From contig JBGPFC010000004.1 in NCBI GenBank assembly GCA_041483195.1, positions 133,020 through 197,019 of the forward strand: a DNA stretch of 64,000 bases, written 5' to 3'. The DNA comes from Candidatus Eiseniibacteriota bacterium. Lineage in GTDB: Bacteria; Eisenbacteria; RBG-16-71-46. Below the pieces are notes generated by a model. It was not told where the DNA came from and made no database searches. It saw only the letters and a list, made by a program, of their open reading frames with translations. This document shows, one piece after another, positions 49,358 through 59,948 of the stretch (within the stretch, counting starts at the first letter, position 1; every line of letters begins with the position of its first letter). The position numbers and the translations under genes are program-made.

Positions 49358-51087
49358 GCGCGAACGATCCCCGGCTCGCGCTCGGGGCCGCGGCGGAGGC
49401 GGTCGAGACGCGGCTGGAACTGCTGGATCGCGCGCGCTTCGTCGCGCGGCTCTGGTCGCGCGACGACGCGCTGTGGGGCGACGATCCCGCGCGCCGCGCG
49501 GTCGCGGCGAACCGGCTCGGCTGGCTCGATTCCCCAGCCCGCATGCGGGGCGAGGTCGCGGCGCTCCGCGCCTTCGCGCGCGAGGTCGCGGCCGATGGCT
49601 TCACCCACGCGGTGCTGCTCGGGATGGGCGGCTCCTCGCTCGCGCCCGAGATGCTGCGCCTCACCTATGGGGTCGCGCCCGGGGCGCTCGAGCTGACGGT
49701 GCTCGACAACACCTCGCCGGCCGCGGTGCGCGCGGTGTCGGCCGCGCACGATCCGAAGCGCACGCTGTTCGTGGTCTCTTCCAAGTCCGGCGGGACGCTC
49801 GAAGTCGCGAGCTTCGAGCGCCATTTCTTCGAATGGACGCGCGCCGCGCGCCCCGAAGCCGGCCGCGCGTTCGTCGCGGTGACCGATCCCGGCACCCCGC
49901 TCGAGCGGCTCGCGGCGGAGCGCGGCTACCGCCGCGTGTTCGCCGGCATCCCCGACATCGGCGGGCGCTATTCCGCGCTCTCGCCGTTCGGCCTGGTGCC
50001 GGGCGCACTGATCGGGCTCGACCTCGATGCGCTGCTCGATGCCGCGCGCGATGAAGCGCGCGCGTCCGGCCCCGAGGCTCCGGCCACCGCGAATCCCGCG
50101 GTGCGGCTCGGCGCAGCGCTCGGCGAGCTCGCGCTCGCGGGAGCCGACAAGCTGACGCTGGTGCTGGGCCCGGAGATCGCGGCGCTCGGTTCGTGGATCG
50201 AGCAACTGGTCGCCGAGAGCACCGGCAAGGAGGGGCGCGGCATCGTGCCGGTCGCCGACGAAGCGCTCGGGCCGCCGTCGGTCTACGGGAACGATCGCGT
50301 GTTCGTCTCGGTCTCGGTCGGCGCGCCGCCCCCCGCGACCACCGCAGCGCTCGCGGCGCTCGAGGCGGCCGGCCACCCGGTGCTCCGCTGGACGCTCGCC
50401 TCGGCGCTCGCGCTCGGGGGCGAATGCCTGCGCTGGGAGATCGCGACTGCGACCGCCGGCGCCGTGATCGACGTGGACCCGTTCGACGAGCCCAACGTCA
50501 CAGAGGCGAAGCAAGCTTCCCGCGCGGTGCTCGACGAGTATCTCGCGGCCGGCCGGTTCCCAGAGGCCTACCTGCTCGCGAGCGCCGCGGGGCTCGAGAT
50601 CGAAGCCCCCACCTCGGTGGCCGACGCGCTGGAGCATCGCGTGTCAGACCCGGCGGATCCGGCCGCGTGGGCGGCATCGCTGATCAGCATGGCCCGGCCC
50701 GGCGACTACTTCGCGCTCTGCGCCTATCTGCATCGAACGCCGGCGCGGCACGCGCGGCTCGAGCGCCTGCGCACGGCGCTCCGCGACCCGAGCCGGCTCG
50801 CGACGACGCTCGGATACGGTCCGCGCTTCCTCCACTCGACCGGACAGCTCCACAAGGGCGGGCCCAACTCCGGGATCTTCATGCAGCTCACCGCCGACGA
50901 GGGCGAGGAGCTCGCGATCCCGGGCGAGCGTTACGGCTTCGGCGCGCTGCGCCGGGCGCAGGCGGCCGGCGACTACGAAGTGCTCGAACGCCGGCGACGG
51001 CGCGTGATGCGCGTCCATCTCGGGAGCGAGGTCGAGCCAGCGCTCGATCGATTGATCGCGGCCGTGACGGCCGGGGCGCGCGCGTAG
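49354..51087 (+). CDS. pgi: Glucose-6-phosphate isomerase (Tal-Pgi-type Pgi)
   Basis: LGWL, GMGGSSL, SSKSG, GGRYS, EQLVAESTGK, PFDEPNV, GPRFLHSTGQLHKGGP. Confidence 0.9.
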   Translation: MSANDPRLALGAAAEAVETRLELLDRARFVARLWSRDDALWGDDPARRAVAANRLGWLDSPARMRGEVAALRAFAREVAADGFTHAVLLGMGGSSLAPEMLRLTYGVAPGALELTVLDNTSPAAVRAVSAAHDPKRTLFVVSSKSGGTLEVASFERHFFEWTRAARPEAGRAFVAVTDPGTPLERLAAERGYRRVFAGIPDIGGRYSALSPFGLVPGALIGLDLDALLDAARDEARASGPEAPATANPAVRLGAALGELALAGADKLTLVLGPEIAALGSWIEQLVAESTGKEGRGIVPVADEALGPPSVYGNDRVFVSVSVGAPPPATTAALAALEAAGHPVLRWTLASALALGGECLRWEIATATAGAVIDVDPFDEPNVTEAKQASRAVLDEYLAAGRFPEAYLLASAAGLEIEAPTSVADALEHRVSDPADPAAWAASLISMARPGDYFALCAYLHRTPARHARLERLRTALRDPSRLATTLGYGPRFLHSTGQLHKGGPNSGIFMQLTADEGEELAIPGERYGFGALRRAQAAGDYEVLERRRRRVMRVHLGSEVEPALDRLIAAVTAGARA

Positions 51088-51118
51088 CTCAGGCCGGCGC
51101 CGGGCGCGCGGCCACGCA

Positions 51119-51493
51119 TCAGGCCGTGGCGGCCAGCAACTCCTCTACCGCCTGCAGCAAGGCGGGAAGATCCAGCGGCTTCGACATCGTCCGGTCGGCG
51201 CCGAGCATCTCGGCGACCGGCAGCGGATCGTAGTCCGTGCGGCTGCTTCCGCCCGACATCGCGAGGATCGGAGTCGATGGGTGATCGCGCTTCACCTCGC
51301 GAATCACCGCCAGCCCTTCCTTCACGGGCATCAGGATGTCGGTGATGATCAGATCGGGGGGCCGCGCGTGGAAGAGCGCGGCACCGACGCTGCCATCCGG
51401 CGCATCCACCACTTCGTGACCCACCCGCTCCAGGACCAGATGGATCAGATCCCGCACCGGTTGCTCGTCCTCGATCAAGAGAATGCGTGCCAT
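51119..51493 (-). CDS. Single-domain response regulator (CheY-like)
   Basis: ILLIEDE, IITDILMP, AMSGG, SKP; SD GGAGG. Confidence 0.92.
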   Translation of the reverse strand: MARILLIEDEQPVRDLIHLVLERVGHEVVDAPDGSVGAALFHARPPDLIITDILMPVKEGLAVIREVKRDHPSTPILAMSGGSSRTDYDPLPVAEMLGADRTMSKPLDLPALLQAVEELLAATA

Positions 51494-51594
51494 CTCGGTA
51501 CCTCCCGTCCAGGGGTTCGAGCGCGTACTCAGGCAGCTTTGTCCAACGCATGATCCGGCACGTCTCGCACCCGTGTCGCGGGCGCGGTGGACGC

Positions 51595-52866
51595 TCACAC
51601 TTCGCTCGCCTGGAGGCGCCGCTTCACGATCAGGGCGAATGCCTTGAGCGCGAGCTCCATGTAGAGGAACGGCTTCGCCATCAGGTCGTCCCCGCCGCGC
51701 AGCTCGGTCCGCACCGGTTCCTCGAAATCCGACAGGTAGGTGATGAACACGACCGGCAGCTTCTCGTACCCCGGCAAGCGCCGAAGGTGCGCGCACAGAT
51801 CGGTGCCGCTCATGAGCGGGAGCTCGACGTCGAGGAACGCGAGGTCGATCTTCTCCACGCCGAGCATCCGCAGCGCGGTGGTCGGGTCCGAGACGCACAC
51901 GGTCGAGAATCGCGCCTTCTCGAGCGCGAACCGCACCGAGCGGAGCGCGATCTCGTCGTCGTCCACCACCAGCACCCGCGGCTCCGCCAGGTTGCCCGCC
52001 GGCAGATCGCCGCCCGCGGACACCATCATCACGAGCGCGTCGAGCGCCTGATCGAGGGTGCGCAGCGTCGAGATGTTGATCTGTTCCGGCCGCTTCATCA
52101 GGATCTTCACCAGTCCCTCGATGGCGCCGGTGAACCTCGACATCATCGGCAGATCGGCGAGCGCCGCGCTTCCCGCGAGCGAGTGCGCGGAGGCGAACAG
52201 CGACCCGACCAGCCCGCGGTGGCGCGGGTTGCGCGCGAAGCCCAGCACCATCTGACGCATGGACTCGATGGTCGCGGGAGCCGAGCGCAGACACGCCGCG
52301 CGCAGCTCGTCGCGGAAGCTCGCGTCCACCTGTGTGGAGTCGCCCGCCGCAGCCGGGACCCGGAGCGACCCGTCCGCGACCGCCCCCGCGGGACGTTCGG
52401 CCGCCAGGACGGCGGAGGGCTGGCGTTCGTCGGGAGCCCCGCCCGCCGCGCCGGGACGAGACTCGTCGCCGGGCCGCCCAGGGCCCCGGGAGGCGGACCC
52501 ATGCTCGATGACGTAGCGCACGCGCTCGATGACCTGCCACGGGGTGTGGTCGAACTTGGTGAGGGTCGCGGTCGCGCCGGACAGTTCCGCTTCATGCAGC
52601 ATGTCCCCAAGGAATCCGTTCGAGAACGCGATCACTGGAAGATCGCGCCACGCCGCCTGCGCGCGGATCTGCCGCAGCACGTCCAGGCCGTCCATGCCGG
52701 GCAGCATCAGATCGAGCAGCACCGCGTCGGGATTCATGCTCGCAAGCTGCTCGAGGCCCGAGCGTCCGTCGAGCGCGGTTTCGGCGTGGTAGCCGAGACG
52801 CTGGAACATCTGGCGGTAGATCGTTGCGGTCACGGGATCGTCTTCGATGATCAGGATGCGATTCAT
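51595..52866 (-). CDS. REC-Hpt-REC phosphorelay protein
   Basis: ILIIEDD/LLDLMLP, AHSLAGSA (Hpt), VLVVDDD/FLDVELP/AKPF. Confidence 0.85.
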   Translation of the reverse strand: MNRILIIEDDPVTATIYRQMFQRLGYHAETALDGRSGLEQLASMNPDAVLLDLMLPGMDGLDVLRQIRAQAAWRDLPVIAFSNGFLGDMLHEAELSGATATLTKFDHTPWQVIERVRYVIEHGSASRGPGRPGDESRPGAAGGAPDERQPSAVLAAERPAGAVADGSLRVPAAAGDSTQVDASFRDELRAACLRSAPATIESMRQMVLGFARNPRHRGLVGSLFASAHSLAGSAALADLPMMSRFTGAIEGLVKILMKRPEQINISTLRTLDQALDALVMMVSAGGDLPAGNLAEPRVLVVDDDEIALRSVRFALEKARFSTVCVSDPTTALRMLGVEKIDLAFLDVELPLMSGTDLCAHLRRLPGYEKLPVVFITYLSDFEEPVRTELRGGDDLMAKPFLYMELALKAFALIVKRRLQASEV

Positions 52867-52918
52867 GTGATGGGTCTCCTGTTCTGCGTACGGGACGCGG
52901 TGAATCGGTCGTCGGGAT

Positions 52919-55900
52919 TCACGCCGCCTCCTCCACGGCTTGCGCGGCACCGAGGAAGGGATGGAGCTCGAGCCGGATCTGTTCCAGACGGGCGGCGAGC
53001 TGCGCGAACACTTGCGGGGCTTGGGACAGGCGGCCGTCGTGGGCCATCCGCTCCAGATCGCGAAAGCCGGGCACCAGGGCGAGCATGCCGCAGCTCGCGC
53101 TCGACCCGGCGCAGCGGTGCGCGATCCTTCGCACGTCCTCGGGGGATCCCGCGAGGATCTCGGCGTGGAGCTGGAACAGCAGCTCGTCCGTGTTCCTGAA
53201 ATAGAGCCGGATCAGCTCGTGCAGCTTGGCGGTGTCATCGCACGCCGCGTCGCGGAGCAGGCTCATGTCCACCAGCGACCCGGCGGGCGCAGGCACCGCG
53301 CACGCATCCGCCCCGCCCGGCGCCGCGGGACCGTCGGCCAGCCAACACTGGATGATGCGGTCGAGCGCGGCGCCGCGAATCGGCTTGCTCAGGTAATCGT
53401 CCATCCCGGCGGAGAGACACTTCTCGCGATCGCCCTCCAGCGCGTAGGCGGTCATCGCAATCACGATGGTGTGGCGGCTCGCGCCCTCTCGCTTCCGGAT
53501 CTCCTCGGTGGTTTCGAATCCGTCGAGGTCCGGCATCTGGCAATCCATCAGGATCATGTCGTAACTCTGGCGCTCCATCGCCGCGAGCGCCTCGCGGCCG
53601 CTCGACACCACTTCCGCGAAGTGGCCGTGCGCCTCGAGCTGCCCCAGCGCGACGTAGAGATTGACGGGGTTGTCGTCGACCACCAGCAGGCGCTGCCCGC
53701 GCACGGAGCAGGCGGCGGCCTCGCGCGCGTCGGGAGCCCGGGCCAATTCCGCGTCCGTTCCGGCCGGGGCCGCGAGGTCGACGGCCGTCGCGCGCGACTC
53801 GGACCGATCCCAGGCCTCGCCCGCGGCGAGAGCGGGGCCCGCCGCAGGCGCGGCTGCTCGCGGGGGATCGAGCAGACTCAGCAGACACTCCCAGAGCTGC
53901 GATTGCTTGATCGGGCGCGCGAGGCAGGCCGACACCCCAGCGACGCGCGAGACTTCCTCGCGACTTCCCATCGGCGTCAGCATGACGAGCGAGGGATGGC
54001 CGAGCCTCGAGCTGCTGCGAATCGCGAGCGCGAGCGCAAGGCCGTCGATGTCCGGGAGGTAGAGATCGAACACCACGACGTCGAAGGGCGCGCCGGATTC
54101 GGCGGCCACCCGCAACGCTTCGAGGGCCCCGCCCCCGGCCGGAACCTCGCGCACCTCCAGACCCCAGGCCTGCAGCGTGCGCAGCAGGACGTCACGGCTC
54201 GACGGACTCCCGTCCACGAGCAGCACGCGGCGTCCGGCGACCGCACCGGCGCCGGTCGGCGCGACGGGCGCCGACGACTTCTCGAATGGAAGCGTGAACC
54301 AGAAGGTCGAGCCCCGGCCGGGCTGGCTCTCGACCCCGATCCGTCCGCCCATCAGCTCGACGAGCTGACGGCAGATCGCGAGCCCGAGCCCGGTGCCGCC
54401 GTGGCGACGAGTGGAGGACGAATCCACCTGCGAGAACGAGAAGAAGAGCGCCTTGCGCCCTTCTTCGGAGATGCCGATGCCGGTGTCTTTGACCTCGAAC
54501 CGCAGCACCGCCCGGGCGGCCGTTTGCTCCACCAGGGACGCCTCGAGCGTCACCGCGCCGCGCTCCGTGAACTTGATCGCGTTGCCGATCAGGTTGGTCA
54601 GCACCTGGCGAACGCGTGACGCGTCGCCACGCACCCAGACCGGCACGTCTGGGGTCACGCGTCCCGCAAGGTCGAGCCCCTTGCTCTGCGCCCGCTTCGC
54701 GAACAGGTCGAGGGCGTCCTCCACCGTGAGGGTCAGGTCGAAATCATCGGCGGCGATCCCGACCTTGCCCGCCTCCAGCTTCGAGAAATCGAGGATGTCG
54801 TTCAGCACGGTGAGGAGCGCGTCCGCGCTGGCCCGGATGGTGTCGGCGTAGCGCCGCTGCGTGGCGGTCAGCGGGGTGGACATGAGCAGCTCCGACATCC
54901 CGATCACCCCGTTCATCGGGGTGCGGATCTCGTGGCTCATGTTCGCCAGGAACGCGGACTTCACCCCGGACAGTCGCACCGCGTCGTCGCATGCGGCCTC
55001 CAGCTCGTCGCTGAGCCGCCTCTGCTCGGTGACGTCGCGCGCCGTGGCGTAGACGATTCCCTGGTCCGACGCGGTGCGGGTCTTCCACTGGAACCATCGA
55101 TACTCGCCGGACTTGGTGCGATAGCGGTTCTCGAACGACGCGACGTCATGGCCGGCCTCGATCTGCTCCGCGGTGGAGCGCGTGATGTCACGGTCGTCCG
55201 GGTGAACGAATTCCACGTACGGCCGCGAGAGCAACTCGTCCACGCTGTAGCCCAGCACCGTCGTCCACGCCGGGCTCAATCGCTTGAAGAACCCGTCGAA
55301 CCCGGCGATGCACAGCATGTCGGGGGAGAGCATGAAGAAGCGATCGCGCTCCTCCTCCGCCTGCTTGCGGGCGGTCACGTCCATCATCGATCCGAACACC
55401 CGCCGTGCGCCGCGCCCCGCCTCGTGAACGATGAACGCACGATCCGACACCTCGGCGTACGTCCCGTCACCCCGCTGAAAGCGATAGTCCGACGCCCAGG
55501 TCTCGCTGCCACCATCGATCGCCGCCTGCATGCTGGCGACGACCCGGTCGCGATCCTTCGGGTGCACGCGCTCCTCCTTCGAGTGCATGCCGGCGCGATG
55601 CTCGTCGGGCGAGAGGCCGAATAACGCAAACGCTGAGGAGTTCCACCACAGCTCGCCGCTGATAAGGTCCCAGCTCCACACCGCGTCGTTGGTCGCGCGC
55701 GCCACCATCTGGAACCGCTCTTCGCTCATGCGCTGCTCGCGCTCCACGAGCCGCCACTGGCCGATCCCCTCGGCGAGGCGCTGGCGCGCCTCGCGCGCCT
55801 CGCGCTCGCGCAGCCGCGACGTGTGCGCGAGCTGCGCCGCGAGCCACAGCAGCGCCGCGAGCAGCGCGCCCACCGCAAGCGTGATCGCGGGCATCGCACG

Positions 55901-57307
55901 GCCGCTAGCCGCAGCGGGAAGAGCGGGCCAGATCTCGATCCGCCACGAACGGCCCAGGAGGTCGAAGGTGCGCTCGGTCTCCAACGGGGGGCGCGGGCCG
56001 GCCCCGGGCCCGTCTCCCGCGTAGAGCCGCTCGCCGTCTTCCACGAGCTCGACTCGGTGATCGCGGAGCTGGGCAGGGCTGACCCAAGGCTCCACCAGCG
56101 TACGCGCGTCGATGATCCCCGCGATCCATCCTCCGGACTGCGCGCCGCGGCCCATCCGGACGCTCACGATGATCGCGCGGTCCCCGTTCCGCCACGCGAC
56201 CGGGCGCGACGCCACGGAGCGCGCGAGATCGCGTGCCGCGCTCGTGCCCTCCCCGGCCCGCGACTGGCGCATGAGGTCTCGAGCGGCTCCGATGTCGGTC
56301 GCGTCCTGCGTCGCGACGCGCGGCGCACCGCGCGACGGGTCCCCCCACGCGACGGCGCGGAAAGTGCCGAGATTGGAGACCAGCAGTTCGGCTTCCGCCT
56401 CCCAGGCGTCACCCGAAAGCGAAGTTCGCCCCTCCCAGCCCCGGGCCATGCGCTCGAGCGGGAGCGTGGTGCTCGCCACCCCGCTCGCGATCCGGTCGGC
56501 CATCTCCTCGCCGATCGCGCGCGACAACTGATCGTCGCTCGCGAGTCGTTCGGCGACCTCGACCTGGCAGATCACCAGCGTAAGGGTGAATCCCGCCGCA
56601 CCCACCAGCATGGGGGCCCAGCGCGGAATGCCTTCCTGCCGGGCGCGGCTCTCGGCCCACGCCGCGCCAATCAGCCCGATGCCGCAGCCGGTGATCGCGA
56701 TCGCGCTCTGCAGCGCGCCGCGCGTGAGATCCGCGAGCAGCATTCCGGGCGTGTTTCCGCTGAGGTGGGCGAACGCGCCGGTCAGCCCGAGCGCGCTCAC
56801 CGCCGCGCCGATCGTGCCGATCGTGGCCGGGCGCCAGGGAACCTGGCGGCGCAGCGCGAGCAGCGCAAGCGCCACGCCGATCAGCACGAATTGCAGGCTC
56901 ACCGTGGGCAGAAGCGCGTGCCCCCCCGCCGCCGCGAGCGGCAGCCGCCCGCTGAGCGGGCCGACCCACAATTCCGGGCGCAGCGGCGTGAACTTCGAGG
57001 CGATCACCAGCCCGCCGGTCACGATCCCCACCACCGCACCCGGGTAAGCGAGCGGCCGCCGGCCGGTCGCGAGGCCGATCAGGCCGGCGCCGCACAGCAG
57101 CACCACGACCGCCAGTCCGTAGCTGGTGGGCGCGCCATGAAACCAGGCGCGAACGAGCCCCGGGTTTCCGGTGTGCCAGCCGGCGATGACGATCGCGCCA
57201 AACGCGATGGTCGACACCCCCATGGCCATCACCACCAGGCCTGGCCAGCGACTCCCACGCGTGCTCGACTCCACGCCCCGCGCGAAGGCAGACGACGCAC
57301 CGCTCAT
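52919..57307 (-). CDS. Hybrid sensor histidine kinase (TM region, extracytoplasmic domain, 2 PAS, HisKA, HATPase, 2 REC, Hpt)
   Basis: FLANMSHEIRTPMNG, NLIGNAIKFT, DTGIG, GGTGLGL, ILMDCQMP, AHRCAGSS; PAS motifs VHPKDR and VHPDDR. Confidence 0.95.
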   Translation of the reverse strand: MSGASSAFARGVESSTRGSRWPGLVVMAMGVSTIAFGAIVIAGWHTGNPGLVRAWFHGAPTSYGLAVVVLLCGAGLIGLATGRRPLAYPGAVVGIVTGGLVIASKFTPLRPELWVGPLSGRLPLAAAGGHALLPTVSLQFVLIGVALALLALRRQVPWRPATIGTIGAAVSALGLTGAFAHLSGNTPGMLLADLTRGALQSAIAITGCGIGLIGAAWAESRARQEGIPRWAPMLVGAAGFTLTLVICQVEVAERLASDDQLSRAIGEEMADRIASGVASTTLPLERMARGWEGRTSLSGDAWEAEAELLVSNLGTFRAVAWGDPSRGAPRVATQDATDIGAARDLMRQSRAGEGTSAARDLARSVASRPVAWRNGDRAIIVSVRMGRGAQSGGWIAGIIDARTLVEPWVSPAQLRDHRVELVEDGERLYAGDGPGAGPRPPLETERTFDLLGRSWRIEIWPALPAAASGRAMPAITLAVGALLAALLWLAAQLAHTSRLREREAREARQRLAEGIGQWRLVEREQRMSEERFQMVARATNDAVWSWDLISGELWWNSSAFALFGLSPDEHRAGMHSKEERVHPKDRDRVVASMQAAIDGGSETWASDYRFQRGDGTYAEVSDRAFIVHEAGRGARRVFGSMMDVTARKQAEEERDRFFMLSPDMLCIAGFDGFFKRLSPAWTTVLGYSVDELLSRPYVEFVHPDDRDITRSTAEQIEAGHDVASFENRYRTKSGEYRWFQWKTRTASDQGIVYATARDVTEQRRLSDELEAACDDAVRLSGVKSAFLANMSHEIRTPMNGVIGMSELLMSTPLTATQRRYADTIRASADALLTVLNDILDFSKLEAGKVGIAADDFDLTLTVEDALDLFAKRAQSKGLDLAGRVTPDVPVWVRGDASRVRQVLTNLIGNAIKFTERGAVTLEASLVEQTAARAVLRFEVKDTGIGISEEGRKALFFSFSQVDSSSTRRHGGTGLGLAICRQLVELMGGRIGVESQPGRGSTFWFTLPFEKSSAPVAPTGAGAVAGRRVLLVDGSPSSRDVLLRTLQAWGLEVREVPAGGGALEALRVAAESGAPFDVVVFDLYLPDIDGLALALAIRSSSRLGHPSLVMLTPMGSREEVSRVAGVSACLARPIKQSQLWECLLSLLDPPRAAAPAAGPALAAGEAWDRSESRATAVDLAAPAGTDAELARAPDAREAAACSVRGQRLLVVDDNPVNLYVALGQLEAHGHFAEVVSSGREALAAMERQSYDMILMDCQMPDLDGFETTEEIRKREGASRHTIVIAMTAYALEGDREKCLSAGMDDYLSKPIRGAALDRIIQCWLADGPAAPGGADACAVPAPAGSLVDMSLLRDAACDDTAKLHELIRLYFRNTDELLFQLHAEILAGSPEDVRRIAHRCAGSSASCGMLALVPGFRDLERMAHDGRLSQAPQVFAQLAARLEQIRLELHPFLGAAQAVEEAA

Positions 57308-57555
57308 GATCGCCTCCAGCGCAGGGGAAATGATCCGCGGCCGAGAATTCGGAAATCGCGATCGGAGAGGGGTCCGGTGGAGGGAGGGTGCTGCGGGAAA
57401 TCATGGACCCGATCGCTGGGCCGGCGGCCTGCTTCGCCGTTTCGGTCGAGTCTGGTATCGGCTGGCCCCGGGTAGACCTTTGGGGAATCGCAGCGGGTCC
57501 GGTGGGGGCAGGTCGCGGGAGGCCGGCACCCTGGGGGCGGACGGGCCGCCGACCC

Positions 57556-58551
57556 TCAAGCGGCACTCGGGCCGAACCACTCCGCGATGCGCGCGACGTC
57601 CACGTTTCCACCCGACACGATCACCCCGACCCGCTCCCCCACTCCGCGCACCCGCCCCGAGAGCAGCGCCGCCAGCCCGAGGGCGCCGGTCGGCTCGATC
57701 ATGATCTTCATGCGCTCCGCCGCGAAGCGCATCGCATCGATCAGCGCGGCGTCTGGCACCGCGACCATGTCGGCCACGTGCGCGCGCACGATCGGAAACG
57801 TGAGCCGGCCGAGCGATGGGGTGCGCGCCCCGTCGGCGATGGTGTCCCCGACCTCGATGCGCGTGAGCGTGCCGCCGCGGAACGATCGCCCGCCGTCGTC
57901 GCCGGCTTCGGGCTCGACTCCGATCACGCGGCACCCGGGAGCGGCGTGTCGCGCCGCGAGCGCGGAGCCCGCGATCAGCCCGCCGCCCCCCACCGGCACC
58001 AGCAGCGCATCGAGCGCGCCGCATTCCTCGAACAGCTCGAGCGCGGCGGTGGCCTGGCCCGCGATGATGTCGGGATGATCGAAAGGCGGAATCAGCGTGA
58101 GCCCGCGCTCGCGCGCGAGACGCTCCGCCATCGCGTCGCGGGGCTCACCGTCGAGGTCGTAGTGAACGATCTCCGCGCCGTAGCCGCGCGTCGCCTCGAG
58201 CTTCGCGGCGGGGGCCGTGCTCGGCATCACGATCACCGCCGGAATCCCGAGCCGCTGCGCGACCAGCGCCACCGCCTGGGCATGGTTCCCAGACGAGAAC
58301 GTCACCACTCCCCGGCGGCGCACCTCCTCCGGGAGCTGCGCGATCGCGTTCCACGCGCCGCGGAACTTGAAGGCCCCGGCGCGCTGGAAGCTCTCGCACT
58401 TGAGGAACACGCGCGCGTTCACCCTCGCATCGAGCGTGCGGGAGGTGAGCACCGGCGTGCGGTGCGCGACCCCCCGCACGCGCTCGCGCGCGGCGGGGAG
58501 CCGCGCGGCGATCGCGGCGATCGAAGCGTCTTCGCCGGAGGCGACGCTCAT
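57556..58551 (-). CDS. PLP-dependent serine/threonine dehydratase family (hydroxyaspartate ammonia-lyase-like)
   Basis: HRTPV, KCESFQRAGAFKFRGA, SSGNHAQ, VGGGGL, TIADG, SGGNVD. Confidence 0.9.
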   Translation of the reverse strand: MSVASGEDASIAAIAARLPAARERVRGVAHRTPVLTSRTLDARVNARVFLKCESFQRAGAFKFRGAWNAIAQLPEEVRRRGVVTFSSGNHAQAVALVAQRLGIPAVIVMPSTAPAAKLEATRGYGAEIVHYDLDGEPRDAMAERLARERGLTLIPPFDHPDIIAGQATAALELFEECGALDALLVPVGGGGLIAGSALAARHAAPGCRVIGVEPEAGDDGGRSFRGGTLTRIEVGDTIADGARTPSLGRLTFPIVRAHVADMVAVPDAALIDAMRFAAERMKIMIEPTGALGLAALLSGRVRGVGERVGVIVSGGNVDVARIAEWFGPSAA

Positions 58552-59948
58552 CCGCCCGCGCCGCCGCCCAGCTCGAGCCCGGGCTCGGTCTGACGCCGCG
58601 GATCGAGCGCACGCTCGATCTCCTCGGGCTTGAGCGTCGTCATCTCGCGCGCCAGCTCACGCACCGGGCGGCGCTCCTGGTACGAGCGCTTCGCGATCTC
58701 GGCCGCCTTGTCGTACCCGATGAGCGGGTTGAGCGCGGTCGCCATGCTGGGCGAGATCTCGACGTAGCCACGGCAGGTGTCCTCGTTCGCGGCCAGGCCG
58801 GCGACCGCCTTGTCTGCGAACACGCGGCTCGCGCGCGCCAGCAGGCGCACGCTCTCGAGCAGATTGCGCGCGGCCAGCGGCAGCATGGTGTTCAGGTCGA
58901 GCTGCCCCCACTGCGCGGCGAGCGTGACCGCGACGTGGTTGCCCATCACCTGCGCCCCGACCTGGATGAGGGCCTCGCACATCACCGGGTTCACCTTGCC
59001 CGGCATGATGCTCGAGCCGGGCTGCACGGCGGGCAGCGTGAGCTCGCCCAGGCCGCAGCGTGGGCCGCTGGCGAGCAGCCGCACGTCGTTCGCGATCTTC
59101 ATCAGGCTCGCCGCGACGCTGTTCAGCGCCCCGCTCGCCCACGCCGCGCCGTCCTGCGCGCCCTGCGCCTCGAAGTGGTCGCGCGCCTCCAGGAATATCG
59201 TGCCCGCCAGGCCCGAAAGCTCGGCGGCCATGCGCCTGCCGAACTCCGGGTGGGTGTTGAGCCCGGTCCCGACCGCGGTGCCGCCGATCGCCAGCTCGCG
59301 CAGGTCGGGAAGCGTGGCCTGGATGCGCGCGATGCCGTGCTCGACCTGGGAGGCGTAGCCGCCGAACTCCTGGCCGAGCCGGATCGGGGTGGCGTCCATG
59401 AGATGCGTGCGCCCGGTCTTGATCACGTCGCGGAACTCGCGGGCCTTCTGCTCCAGCGCGCGGAGCAAGTGGGCGAGCGCCGGGAGCAGCTCGCGCTCGA
59501 TCTCGAGCACGGCCGCCACGTGGATCGCGCTCGGGATCGCGTCGTTGCTGCTCTGCCCGAGGTTCACGTGATCGTTGGGATGGACCTTCTTCCCGAGCAG
59601 CTCGCTCGCGCGGTGCGCGATGACCTCGTTCGCGTTCATGTTGCTGCTGGTGCCGCTCCCGGTCTGGAACACGTCGATCGGAAACTCGGCGTCCCACTTG
59701 CCTTCCATCACCTCGGAGGCGGCGCGTTCGATCGCCTGCGCGATCGCCGGATCCAGGAGGCCGAGGCCGGCGTTGACCCGCGCGGCGGCCATCTTGATGA
59801 GTCCCAGCGCGTGGACGAACGCGGGCGGCATGGGATCGCCCGAGATCGGAAAATTGTCCACCGCGCGCTGCGTCTGCGGGCCGTACCGCGCCGAGGCAGG
59901 CACCTTCATCTCGCCCATGCTGTCCTTCTCCATTCGATATTCCGTCAT
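58548..59948 (-). CDS. fumC: Class II fumarate hydratase
   Basis: EKDSMG, QTGSGTSSNMN, HPNDHVN, KTGRTHLMDATP, GSSIMPGKVNP. Confidence 0.95.
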   Translation of the reverse strand: MTEYRMEKDSMGEMKVPASARYGPQTQRAVDNFPISGDPMPPAFVHALGLIKMAAARVNAGLGLLDPAIAQAIERAASEVMEGKWDAEFPIDVFQTGSGTSSNMNANEVIAHRASELLGKKVHPNDHVNLGQSSNDAIPSAIHVAAVLEIERELLPALAHLLRALEQKAREFRDVIKTGRTHLMDATPIRLGQEFGGYASQVEHGIARIQATLPDLRELAIGGTAVGTGLNTHPEFGRRMAAELSGLAGTIFLEARDHFEAQGAQDGAAWASGALNSVAASLMKIANDVRLLASGPRCGLGELTLPAVQPGSSIMPGKVNPVMCEALIQVGAQVMGNHVAVTLAAQWGQLDLNTMLPLAARNLLESVRLLARASRVFADKAVAGLAANEDTCRGYVEISPSMATALNPLIGYDKAAEIAKRSYQERRPVRELAREMTTLKPEEIERALDPRRQTEPGLELGGGAGG

